DNA of 64,000 bases from IMG/VR virus record IMGVR_UViG_3300027705_000005, positions 1 to 64,000 of that record, one strand, 5' to 3'. The translations under genes were made by a program, and so were the position numbers. This document shows positions 1-8,705 of this stretch, one piece after another; the first letter of the stretch is position 1, and the number at the start of each line of letters is the position of its first letter. The DNA comes from a virus. Taxonomy: Duplodnaviria; Caudoviricetes. The notes under the pieces are model-generated. The model had not been told where the DNA came from. It saw nothing but the letters and a program-made list of their open reading frames with translations, and did no database searches.

Positions 1-76
1 ATTATTGGTAGTGGATTTGGTCCTATATACAATCATATAAAGAGTTTATATTAAAGTTTAAAAGGTTATTAAATTG

Positions 77-110
77 AAAAAGCCAGAGTTGTTTAAGCTC
101 TGGCTTTCTT
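77..110 (-). terminator. Intrinsic terminator downstream of the tRNA / leftward block
   Basis: AAAGCCAGAG (79-88) / CTCTGGCTTT (98-107) inverted repeat flanked by A/T runs. Confidence 0.6.
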
Positions 111-198
111 GTAAGATCAACTAACATGTGATCCTTACATACTCTTTAAAAAGACTCCCTCATTTGAGCATTGTTAAGAGGCTTAGGAAGTATATTAG

Positions 199-271
199 TA
201 GCGGGGAGTGGACTTGAACCACTGACCTCAAGGTTATGAGCCTTGCAAGCTACCAACTGCTCTACCCCGCT
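199..271 (-). tRNA. tRNA-Met(CAT), initiator-like scaffold, no encoded CCA
   Basis: Minus strand reads AGCGGGG-TA-GAGC-AGTTGGTA-GCTT-G-CAAGG-CTCATAA-CCTTG-AGGTC-AGTGG-TTCAAGT-CCACT-CCCCGCT-A; full cloverleaf, followed by CTA rather than CCA. Confidence 0.95.
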
Positions 272-279
272 ATATTTCT

Positions 280-474
280 TTAAAAGAAATCAGATATATT
301 TGGTGGTATATCTTCATCCTCTATTTCATTATTCTGTTCTTGTATCATGCTATAAGGCATTATCTCCCAGTTATTTAAGTTAGTATCATGTGATGATATA
401 AACATAATAACCTGATCTAAAGATGTAACATCATCTATTATAGCTATCTTCCTCTTTAAATCTAATCTTATCAT
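280..474 (-). CDS. Small acidic hypothetical protein, paralog of 471-674
   Basis: ORF overlapping its neighbour by ATGA; shared IIDD motif and acidic C-terminus. Confidence 0.65.
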   Translation of the reverse strand: MIRLDLKRKIAIIDDVTSLDQVIMFISSHDTNLNNWEIMPYSMIQEQNNEIEDEDIPPNISDFF

Positions 475-674
475 TCTAATTCTTCATAAAAGTTAGCTAC
501 AGAAGTAGTAGGTAACAAGTCATCTGTAATATCTATCTCTTCATCATCTTGTAATATTCCAGCAAATGTGAAATCTCCAAGTTTGTGATTAAAAGCAATC
601 ATATTAAAGTCAGTAACATTTAAGTCATCTATAATATGAATCATTTTACTTTCAAAATCAATCTGTAATCTCAT
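471..674 (-). CDS. Small acidic hypothetical protein
   Basis: ORF with A-rich leader; similar to 280-474. Confidence 0.65.
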   Translation of the reverse strand: MRLQIDFESKMIHIIDDLNVTDFNMIAFNHKLGDFTFAGILQDDEEIDITDDLLPTTSVANFYEELE

Positions 675-711
675 TAGTTTTTGTTTTAGTTATTTATTTG
701 TGTGGGAAGTA

Positions 712-756
712 TTATTTAGTACCTCCACAACCACATCCATTTGGTTTTTTCATCAT
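712..756 (-). CDS. Candidate 14-aa micropeptide MMKKPNGCGCGGTK
   Basis: ATG...TAA with A-rich leader that fills the gap between two same-strand genes; below the ORF-track size cut-off. Confidence 0.4.
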   Translation of the reverse strand: MMKKPNGCGCGGTK

Positions 757-764
757 TTTAGCTT

Positions 765-1349
765 TTAAGAGTTATTAAATTTAAGTTTTAAATCTTCCTT
801 TATTTTAGCAGAATTATCTTTCTTCCATAAAGGTCTCATATTAGAATGATGAAAGCATTTATAAAGTTCCTCTTCTTTAGTTAAATCAAAAGAACAAATT
901 GGTATTATATGATCTATATCCCATAAATTTCTATTCTCCCAATTCATACCATTTAAAAATAAAGATTCTATATAATCTCTAAAATAGTTATATGTACATC
1001 CCAAATATTCTACAGAACTTCCTTCTTTTTTGGTTTTAGCTTTTGTTAAAGCTTTCCATATTCTATTTCTGTGTCTCTTTTCAACCAGAAAAATAGAATC
1101 TTGTTGTGTTTTTAATCTTCTTAATTCATTTCTTCTTTTATTATAAGCAATTCCTCTTTTTTTAGCTGCTAATGCAACTTTTTCTTTATTACTATTAATA
1201 TATTTTTCTTTCTGTTCTTTTACGCAATCTTTACATCTACCATGATAATCATTTATTCTATTTTCAAACCAAAAACAAATAAGTTCTTTTTCTTTCAAAC
1301 ATTTGTTACATATCTTTTTATTATTAATTATTGGATGTCTAGTTGCCAT
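765..1349 (-). CDS. Free-standing HNH homing endonuclease with N-terminal Zn-binding motifs
   Basis: CNKC...CKDC and WDIDHIIP...HHSNMRPLW..DN HNH motif. Confidence 0.85.
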   Translation of the reverse strand: MATRHPIINNKKICNKCLKEKELICFWFENRINDYHGRCKDCVKEQKEKYINSNKEKVALAAKKRGIAYNKRRNELRRLKTQQDSIFLVEKRHRNRIWKALTKAKTKKEGSSVEYLGCTYNYFRDYIESLFLNGMNWENRNLWDIDHIIPICSFDLTKEEELYKCFHHSNMRPLWKKDNSAKIKEDLKLKFNNS

Positions 1350-1702
1350 TAGTTCAATATTCCATTAAAATTTACTGGTCTTTTCCCTTCATCATAATGT
1401 TTTTGATCTCTTTGTTGTATTACAGATATAGGACTAATACCAGGACCAAGTAAATTAACCTCATGAAATCCATTATCTTCAGTAATAATAGACTCATATA
1501 AGTTAACTGCACCTTTATGTTTATCAAAACCCTTCTTTTGTTCTATATTTCCAGTAGAAGGATTATAAGATCCCCAAGGAGCAGTAGAAGTTTTAGATAT
1601 TGGTTCTACAAAATAAGTAACTCCAGTCAGTTTAGATGTTACTGTAAATCTTCCTGTATCATCTGTATTAGATAGGAAGTCTTTTAAGATTTCTTTATTC
1701 AT
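1349..1702 (-). CDS. Hypothetical phage protein
   Basis: 117-aa ORF downstream of a promoter-like motif; TAATG-coupled to the HNH gene. Confidence 0.75.
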   Translation of the reverse strand: MNKEILKDFLSNTDDTGRFTVTSKLTGVTYFVEPISKTSTAPWGSYNPSTGNIEQKKGFDKHKGAVNLYESIITEDNGFHEVNLLGPGISPISVIQQRDQKHYDEGKRPVNFNGILN

Positions 1703-1745
1703 AATATTTATTTATTTTCTCATTATGCGATATGCAAAATAAGTA

Positions 1746-1784
1746 CAAATATAAGTAAAAATTAAGATAATAGTTGTATCTTTA
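1746..1784. promoter_or_regulatory. Divergent Bacteroidota sigma70-type -7 elements
   Basis: TATATTTG on the minus strand (1746-1753) and TATCTTTA on the plus strand (1777-1784); the host consensus is TAnnTTTG. Confidence 0.55.
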
Positions 1785-1799
1785 CAAAAAATAAATAAA

Positions 1800-2096
1800 A
1801 TGGAAGATAAAAACAAACCTGATGGTTGGATCTCAAAAGAAAGAGAGTTGAAATTAATGTATGGGGAAGATTTTGATTTAGATAAATATTGGAATCAATA
1901 TGAATTATTATATGCTGATAAGTTTGGAATTAAGATAACAGAAGTTCCAAAAGAATATTCTGGTCCTGGAGGACATGTTTTAGTTTATCATAAAGATACT
2001 AATATTACAATTCAACCAGGAGATCCAAGAATAGATGAATATCTGAAAGAAGGTAAGATTGGGTATGGAATAGTTATGAAATCTGAAGAAAAATAG
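1800..2096 (+). CDS. Hypothetical protein, monocistronic
   Basis: ORF between a promoter-like motif and a terminator. Confidence 0.75.
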   Translation: MEDKNKPDGWISKERELKLMYGEDFDLDKYWNQYELLYADKFGIKITEVPKEYSGPGGHVLVYHKDTNITIQPGDPRIDEYLKEGKIGYGIVMKSEEK

Positions 2097-2115
2097 ATCA
2101 AAAATATATAAAATT

Positions 2116-2142
2116 AAGAGGTTAGAAATAATCTCTTTTTTT
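2116..2142 (+). terminator. Intrinsic terminator
   Basis: AAGAGGTTA-GAAA-TAATCTCTT followed by a T run. Confidence 0.75.
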
Positions 2143-2531
2143 ATGCTATCTTAAAAAGTTGAAAGCTATACCCTATTATTATAGCTTTTTGTATAATTTA
2201 GGTTTAATTTAATGAGATATGGGAAGGTTTGTAAAGATGGGATAGGTATTATGAAGGTATGTATATTATTATAGCTTATATGCACCCAAAAGGGTATAAT
2301 AGAAGATTATTTATAAGTAATATACCATATAGGGTATGGAACAATGTTCAATATATTAGTATGTTCAGTGACAATGAACAGTAACAGATAGTGAACAAAA
2401 TTATTTTTTAAAATATTTTTTTAGAAATGGATTTAAAAAATGATATGTAATTGTGTGTTGGTAGCCCCCCACATCAATCCCCCCTAAGACTTAGGCACTT
2501 TTGCCTATCCACGTCTATAAAATTAAGAAAG

Positions 2532-2885
2532 ATGAAAATTAAAGGTAAAGTAAATCAGTACGTTAACAAAAATGGTAACATAGTATTTGTGTATTCTCTT
2601 GAATGTGATGCAAAAGAACTCAAACAGTACAAAGACGTTCAAGGTGTCAACTATAAAGAACATGAAGATACTAAACTACCTCTTTATTGGACTATGAGAC
2701 CTGTCAACGTTGGTGATACACTACATAAGACCACTAAAGGAAACTTTCAGGTCTATGCTGATCTTGAAGAACAGACAAAGAGATTCACATCTAAGGTTGA
2801 AGACCATAGTGCTAAGTTTGAAGCCATTAAACAGTGGGCAGGATTTAGCAAACATGAGATTGCAATGATGATGATGAAGGCTTAA
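2532..2885 (+). CDS. Early hypothetical protein (possible OB-like beta fold)
   Basis: ATG at 2532 with A-rich leader is more plausible than the TTG at 2451; followed by a terminator. Confidence 0.75.
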   Translation: MKIKGKVNQYVNKNGNIVFVYSLECDAKELKQYKDVQGVNYKEHEDTKLPLYWTMRPVNVGDTLHKTTKGNFQVYADLEEQTKRFTSKVEDHSAKFEAIKQWAGFSKHEIAMMMMKA

Positions 2886-2891
2886 AGTAAC

Positions 2892-2928
2892 AATGGTGCA
2901 TACTAATAGTAGTGTGCACCATTTTTTT
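2892..2928 (+). terminator. Intrinsic terminator
   Basis: AATGGTGCATACTA / TAGTGTGCACCATT followed by a T run. Confidence 0.85.
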
Positions 2929-3353
2929 AACAGAATGCCAAGATTGTTACATTTTTTAATATGAACAAAGGGGCAAATGTACTTCTTGATTCATCTTTGT
3001 TGCTATTTATACACTGATTATCAATGTTTTATTGGTAGTTATGTGATTTACACATCTGTCATACCCTCATTTCATCCCCTTTTTACAAAACTCATTATTA
3101 ATCTCTATCTATTATTATAGCTTATTTGTTATCTTCTAAACACCATTTCTAATTCCTAAGATTAGACTGTAGTATTTACAGAGTTGTGAAGGGAAGTGCA
3201 TTTTCTTTTAAGTATCTTAAGTATCAGGGGATTAAGATATTAGTTAATGTATTTTTTAATACTACTACCAAGTAGACTAACTAGACTTGAACAAGTCTTC
3301 CCCAAGATGAGGTTCAAGATTTATATAAGTAGGTCACTCGCTTATATAAATGA

Positions 3354-3554
3354 AATAAACAAGATGTGAATAACTTATGTGTTGATAAGAAACACTTTGA
3401 TATTGATAGTACAAGTAGAGCGTACAGCATGACAACTCAAAGTCATGTAAACATAAAGAAGTGTGAGAAGCTTTGATTAATGTTTATAATTATGTTGCAA
3501 CATAATGAATTTATCTACTTGTACTATTAGTAAATAATCTTTCTTTTGTTTATT
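3354..3554 (+). ncRNA. Candidate structured RNA (long stem closing three hairpins)
   Basis: 17-bp stem 3403-3419/3514-3530 encloses CATGAC/GTCATG, TAAACAT/ATGTTTA and ATTATGTT/AACATAAT hairpins; outer stem 3354-3364/3544-3554. Confidence 0.45.
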
Positions 3555-3642
3555 AATGTAACTTACTCTCTTGAGTGAACTGTCTAAAGTCAGTGTAAAT
3601 ACAGATAGATAAACTTATTCCTCACTATTAAATTTAAACACT

Positions 3643-3873
3643 ATGTATAACTGGCAAGATAAATGTTATCAATTTCTTATTGGTAAAGGATTTAACAGAA
3701 AACAAGCTCAACATCATTTATTTAACTTTGTTAGAGACAACATGAATGAAGATTTTCATTTTGATGTTGATACAAGAGTTACTGAATTAGAATTAATTAA
3801 AGTATTAGAAATACTTACTACATATTACAATGCTGAATTGTACATATATGAGTATGAAAACACATTTAATTAA
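3643..3873 (+). CDS. Early hypothetical protein
   Basis: ORF with A-rich leader. Confidence 0.65.
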   Translation: MYNWQDKCYQFLIGKGFNRKQAQHHLFNFVRDNMNEDFHFDVDTRVTELELIKVLEILTTYYNAELYIYEYENTFN

Positions 3874-3936
3874 GATAAAAGGTTGGTAAACCATAAGCTT
3901 CCAATTTTTATTCCTCATCTTTTAAATAACATTAAA

Positions 3937-4161
3937 ATGATAACTCATAACATTTTATCATACAATCCATTTACTGTAGAGTTTATCAATTACTCTACTG
4001 GTACAACAGCAATTGAACATTATGCTGTTGTTCTAACCAAAAAAGAAATTGAAGCAGAATATGATTATGTTAGTTTTCCACCTAATAAAGTGCAACAACT
4101 AATTGATATGCAAAGTGAATCTGAATTAAATGCTCTTGAATCTCAGTCTACTGAACAATAA
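3937..4161 (+). CDS. Early hypothetical protein
   Basis: ATG at 3937 preferred over the upstream TTG; followed by a terminator. Confidence 0.65.
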   Translation: MITHNILSYNPFTVEFINYSTGTTAIEHYAVVLTKKEIEAEYDYVSFPPNKVQQLIDMQSESELNALESQSTEQ

Positions 4162-4170
4162 AAACACACA

Positions 4171-4203
4171 AAAGAGTTGAATTAAACCTCAACTCTTTTT
4201 TTT
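4171..4203 (+). terminator. Intrinsic terminator
   Basis: AAAGAGTTGA / TCAACTCTTT followed by a T run. Confidence 0.8.
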
Positions 4204-4227
4204 ATTAATAACACTAAATTTAATCCC

Positions 4228-4383
4228 ATGGATCATATAGCTAAACTTGAATCACTTATAAATGAGCTTCATAAGCTTGAACAAATACATGATAGAGATT
4301 CATTAAGACATTTAATCTATCAATATCAAAGAGAGTTAGAAGAACTAACAAGAATTAAACATGATGAATATGAAGAAATATAA
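4228..4383 (+). CDS. 51-aa coiled-coil hypothetical protein (not in the ORF track)
   Basis: MDHIAKLESLINELHKLEQ... ending head-to-head with the GIY-YIG gene. Confidence 0.5.
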   Translation: MDHIAKLESLINELHKLEQIHDRDSLRHLIYQYQRELEELTRIKHDEYEEI

Positions 4384-4384
4384 A

Positions 4385-4822
4385 TTATTTCAACCATTTA
4401 ATATCAGGAGGAATGCCATTAATAGCTACTAAATCTTCAGCTTTTAAGTCTTTGGCTTTCTTCTGATATTTATTTAACTTCTTGTATTTAGATTGTTTCT
4501 TGGTTATTTTCCTTTCAGCAATCAATACAATGTTATATTTTGGTTTTAATGTATCCATCCAATATTGTTCCCTTTCAACTAACATTTTGAATGGTACATA
4601 CTCTATTACTTCAAATAATAGTTTAATGCCTGAATTAAAAGCATTTTGTAACTTATAATTACAATGTGTCTTTTTATTTAAGTCTTTTAAATGATACCAT
4701 TTTCTCAAACCTAGTGATACTGTTGAACCAATATAAATATCATTATTAACTTGGTTATAAATTTTGTATATACATGGATTATTCATAGTACCCAAACGTA
4801 AATAAATTGACACTAATTCCAT
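4385..4822 (-). CDS. Free-standing GIY-YIG endonuclease, antisense to the early operon
   Basis: CIYKIYN...IYIGST...R...H...EREQYWMD...YNI. Confidence 0.85.
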   Translation of the reverse strand: MELVSIYLRLGTMNNPCIYKIYNQVNNDIYIGSTVSLGLRKWYHLKDLNKKTHCNYKLQNAFNSGIKLLFEVIEYVPFKMLVEREQYWMDTLKPKYNIVLIAERKITKKQSKYKKLNKYQKKAKDLKAEDLVAINGIPPDIKWLK

Positions 4823-4890
4823 AAATTTAACTTCTTTTTACAAAGTACTTTGAATTACAAAGTAGATTTTATAACACTAAATAAATAATC

Positions 4891-5211
4891 ATGAAAAGAG
4901 CTGAACATAAAGATAGAATACTATTATATGATACAACTAAGGGAGGAATGCAAATATATTCAAACTCTCAATGGTTTACTAATGAGAAGAAAGTTCAAGT
5001 ATTGACATTACCTAATAAAATAGTAATTAAAAAGAACTATTCTAACATGTCAGGAGCAAAAGAATATAAATTAAATAGAAACACTACATTTCATCCTGGA
5101 ATACATGTTTATATTAGTTATAAATATCCAGTTGGAGAAATATATCTTGATATGGATGAAAGTAATGATGATCAATTAGTATTTTATATTGAAGATTTAA
5201 CCACTAAATAA
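4891..5211 (+). CDS. Hypothetical protein
   Basis: ORF in same-strand gene array. Confidence 0.7.
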   Translation: MKRAEHKDRILLYDTTKGGMQIYSNSQWFTNEKKVQVLTLPNKIVIKKNYSNMSGAKEYKLNRNTTFHPGIHVYISYKYPVGEIYLDMDESNDDQLVFYIEDLTTK

Positions 5212-5216
5212 ATAAC

Positions 5217-5444
5217 ATGAAACACATTAAAAAATATCAAGCTGGTTATTTTTTATTACTAACAGTAATATACTTAACCTATCAATCATTTATCTGCTTA
5301 AATCCAATGGAAATAGCAGCAATGATGTTTTTAAACTTGTTTATCTTATTCTTATCTATATCTTTCTTTAAACAAAGTTATAGAATAGGTAAAATACAAC
5401 AAGAATATGATCATGGTGATCTAACACAATATAAAGATTACTAA
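5217..5444 (+). CDS. Small two-TM membrane protein
   Basis: Two hydrophobic segments. Confidence 0.65.
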   Translation: MKHIKKYQAGYFLLLTVIYLTYQSFICLNPMEIAAMMFLNLFILFLSISFFKQSYRIGKIQQEYDHGDLTQYKDY

Positions 5445-5741
5445 AAAACAACCACTATTTATCATCATATGATCTCATAACTTATGTGTACATTAACAGC
5501 CTTCTTTAAGGTGAGAAGTTATCTGTGAATATGATAGATATTTAGTGGTTTATAATATAACAGTAGATTTTATAATATCCAAATATCATGCAATCTGGTT
5601 AGTCAGATGTATTATAATTTCTACTGTTTTTAAGATGTATACCTGAATAGAACAGACTTCTATGATGATTAGTGATGGTAATTGAAGTAAGGTAAAAAAC
5701 ATCCCTTACATTTTTTAAATAACAATATAAATAACAATATT

Positions 5742-6071
5742 ATGCAACACAAAATAGGAGATACAATATATGTTCATGGATCTATGAGTATATCTAATGG
5801 ATCATCTGATACAGTTGGTGGATTAGCTACAATTGAATCATTTAATGTATCTAAAACATTACCAGAAGGTCATATGAATAGTATATTTGTAAGATTTAAA
5901 GAATTACCTGGACATTCTTATAATTATTTATCATTACTTGATAAACAAGATGAATTAAAAGAAAGATATAATGAATCTTATGCTTATCCAGATCCTGATA
6001 TTGATACACCTTGGATAGAATCAGGTGATATAGTTAATGGTGAGAAATATACTGGACCACCAATTTGGTAA
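5742..6071 (+). CDS. Hypothetical protein
   Basis: ORF with A-rich leader. Confidence 0.75.
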   Translation: MQHKIGDTIYVHGSMSISNGSSDTVGGLATIESFNVSKTLPEGHMNSIFVRFKELPGHSYNYLSLLDKQDELKERYNESYAYPDPDIDTPWIESGDIVNGEKYTGPPIW

Positions 6072-6088
6072 CAATATAAATAAACAAA

Positions 6089-6307
6089 ATGGAAGATTTA
6101 ATCAAAATAGCAATATTAATTTGGATATTAGTATTTATAAAAGATGTTAGAAAAGATATTCAAGAAACTAATAGGATATTAGAATCTATTAGAATAACAC
6201 AAACTACAGTATATAAAGATTCAGTATCATCTCATAGAGATCTTATAAGATTAAATAAGCAAGAGATAGAAGATCTTGAATACATTAGAAATAAACAATA
6301 TAAATAA
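6089..6307 (+). CDS. Small membrane-anchored coiled-coil protein
   Basis: N-terminal hydrophobic helix. Confidence 0.6.
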   Translation: MEDLIKIAILIWILVFIKDVRKDIQETNRILESIRITQTTVYKDSVSSHRDLIRLNKQEIEDLEYIRNKQYK

Positions 6308-6707
6308 ACTATACAATAACACTACAATGTATAAAACTAAATATTATAAACTAAGAAAACATATCAATCCAGATATTAAAGTTGGAGATCAACTATATTT
6401 AATTGATGGTTCTGGATTACTTCCTGTTAAAGAATATAAAGATCCAATATTTATAGTTTCATCATATCCAGAATTATTTGGTACTGAAGAAATAATAAAA
6501 GACTTAAAGTTTACTGTTGTTCAAACAAATATTGAGGATATAATAACTCCATCAGTAGTTGGTACAGCATTATTATTAGATTGTTTAATTGAATATAATG
6601 GCTGTCAATTATATACATGTTCTTATTTTCTATCAGATAAAACTTCAGATGGAGATTATTTTATGGACATGTATGAAGATGATTCTAACTTTGTAGGAGA
6701 ATATTAA
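6276..6707 (+). CDS. Hypothetical protein (true start probably the second Met)
   Basis: ORF in array. Confidence 0.7.
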   Translation: MNTLEINNINKLYNNTTMYKTKYYKLRKHINPDIKVGDQLYLIDGSGLLPVKEYKDPIFIVSSYPELFGTEEIIKDLKFTVVQTNIEDIITPSVVGTALLLDCLIEYNGCQLYTCSYFLSDKTSDGDYFMDMYEDDSNFVGEY

Positions 6708-6976
6708 ATAAAACATAACTACTGCTTTTAATCTAAATAGTGATATAGTGGGTTGTAAATCAGTAGATACTAAGCTAAGTGATTGGAAGAAAATATATGA
6801 TGAAATTAAACCATCATCAGATAATCATCCAGGAGCATATGCTTGTTAAAGATATGGTAGCTACAGGTGACAAATTTAATAATAATAATCAAATTAATAA
6901 CCAGATAATTAAAGTTAAAGTTGGTTGAGGAACACCTGTAGCCTACTATTTTATTAAACACTAATTAAATAATACA

Positions 6977-7303
6977 ATGAAAAAACTATTACAACAATTA
7001 CTAAGAGATCTAAATAATGATATAGAAAAATATCCAAAATCAAGTGCCTTTTTATGTCACTTAATTCATAATCATGATGAATTATATAATTATTTTATAT
7101 CTCAAATGCCTACTGAAGAATTACATCCTGAATTTTATAATCATAATTTATTTACAGGAGAATTTAGTTGGTGGAATCCCAGTAGTATAATGAAAGCAAG
7201 AAATCTTAATATAGTAGCATATACTGATGAATGGTATGCTTTAATTAAAGAATGTAATCAAGAAAGAGTAAAATTTATAGAAAAATTAATATCTATAAAT
7301 TAA
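6977..7303 (+). CDS. Hypothetical protein
   Basis: ORF with A-rich leader. Confidence 0.7.
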   Translation: MKKLLQQLLRDLNNDIEKYPKSSAFLCHLIHNHDELYNYFISQMPTEELHPEFYNHNLFTGEFSWWNPSSIMKARNLNIVAYTDEWYALIKECNQERVKFIEKLISIN

Positions 7304-7388
7304 AGATACTGACAATATTTTTTAGCAACCTTGACTCAGGTATATGAGTTACTAAGTTGTATCATGAAGCGTGAGTGCTATGATCTTT

Positions 7389-7416
7389 GATAGGATACTT
7401 GAAAGCCTATCTTTTT
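7389..7416 (+). terminator. Possible intrinsic terminator
   Basis: GATAGG / CCTATC followed by TTTTT. Confidence 0.5.
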
Positions 7417-7442
7417 AATTAAATAACATAAATATAATAACA

Positions 7443-7796
7443 ATGAGTTTAGTATTAATTTTAACATTTATATGGATATTATGTATTATATTAATATCTG
7501 TTTCAGAAGAAGGTAGTACTTTATACTTCTTATCAATCGTATTTTCAATCATAGGAGTAGTATTTGTGCCAGCTATAATGGCTACTTATCCTATAAAGAC
7601 AATATCTTCAGATATTAAACCTGATTATATAGCAATAGGTAAAGGTATAGCTACTATAAAAATAGGTGATGATGAAACTATATTTACTGATTACAATACT
7701 ATAACAAATATAAAAGATACTTCTACATTTATTAAAACAGAAGGATTTAACATATTTGATTATTCTGTAAGTAGAAAGTATGAACTAAAGAAATAG
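7443..7796 (+). CDS. Membrane protein (two N-terminal TM helices)
   Basis: Hydrophobic N-terminal segments. Confidence 0.7.
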   Translation: MSLVLILTFIWILCIILISVSEEGSTLYFLSIVFSIIGVVFVPAIMATYPIKTISSDIKPDYIAIGKGIATIKIGDDETIFTDYNTITNIKDTSTFIKTEGFNIFDYSVSRKYELKK

Positions 7797-7809
7797 TGTT
7801 ATTTAATAT

Positions 7810-7844
7810 TAAGAGGGTATCAGGAATGGTACTCTCTTATTTTT
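7810..7844 (+). terminator. Intrinsic terminator
   Basis: TAAGAGGGTATC / GGTACTCTCTTA followed by a T run. Confidence 0.7.
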
Positions 7845-7885
7845 ATAATACATAAATTAAATAACATGAAAAAAGATAATTACAT

Positions 7886-8323
7886 ATGATGTGGATATCA
7901 ATATTATTACTTCTAATAATCTTTGGTTATGTATGGATACCAGAATGGACTAAAAAAACAGTATCTCAATATCCATGTATTAAACATACAAATAAAGGAT
8001 ATGTGATATATAATAAAAATGGTGAATATAAAACAACAGGTGGTAATTGGTGGAGTTATTCAGATATGGAACATTGTCATTATATTCAAACTTTAGATAA
8101 AGCAATTGAAATATTTCATAAGTTAGGATTGGCTGTAGTTGATGAAGTTCCTTTAGGTAGAGTATATGAATTAGAACATATTCAAAAGGAAAAAGAGATT
8201 AAAGCTAAGACTGCATTACTTGAAGAAATAATAGCTGTTGATAAAAAGAATGGAGAAAATACTGAAGTATTAGAATCAATATTATTAAGACAAAAAGAAG
8301 AATTATTAATACAAACAAAATAA
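7886..8323 (+). CDS. Membrane-anchored hypothetical protein
   Basis: N-terminal TM helix. Confidence 0.7.
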   Translation: MMWISILLLLIIFGYVWIPEWTKKTVSQYPCIKHTNKGYVIYNKNGEYKTTGGNWWSYSDMEHCHYIQTLDKAIEIFHKLGLAVVDEVPLGRVYELEHIQKEKEIKAKTALLEEIIAVDKKNGENTEVLESILLRQKEELLIQTK

Positions 8324-8324
8324 A

Positions 8325-8705
8325 ATGATATTTGGATCAATATTTAAATCAAATAAAGATATGAAAAAGACAAAAGTATTTGCACATGAAGGTAAAATAG
8401 GTATTATACCTGGTGATCTAAACATATCTATGGATATGGAAAATGATGAATTAATATCAATTGAAAACTTAGAAATAACTAAGGAAGCATTTGATATTAT
8501 TACTGAAAATATTTCAGCTGAAATATTAGTAATTAGTGGATACTTTGGTTTTCCTGGTATTAATTCAAAAGTTCTTTCTAAAGGGAAATCAATTAGTGAA
8601 TATAAAAGATCTGAACTTAAAGAACAGATTGTTGAAGACATTAAATTTGAAGAAGAAGAAGAAGATATTTATCAAGAAATGGTAAAAGAGATGACACAAG
8701 ATTAA
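8325..8705 (+). CDS. Acidic hypothetical protein
   Basis: ORF adjacent to the upstream stop. Confidence 0.7.
   Translation: MIFGSIFKSNKDMKKTKVFAHEGKIGIIPGDLNISMDMENDELISIENLEITKEAFDIITENISAEILVISGYFGFPGINSKVLSKGKSISEYKRSELKEQIVEDIKFEEEEEDIYQEMVKEMTQD

Larger units (their letters stand above)
2174..3123 (+). repeat. Three exact copies of TATTATTATAGCTT (2174, 2264, 3110)
   Basis: Direct inspection; all copies intergenic and in the same orientation. Confidence 0.8.

Noticed and set aside
2221-3092. Imperfect inverted repeat between 2221-2260 and 3062-3092
   Set aside because: Similarity is patchy and needs several gaps; it may only reflect opposite purine skew
5640-5700. Hammerhead ribozyme (also considered at 16069-16096)
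   Set aside because: No intact CUGANGA...GAAA core with properly placed stems
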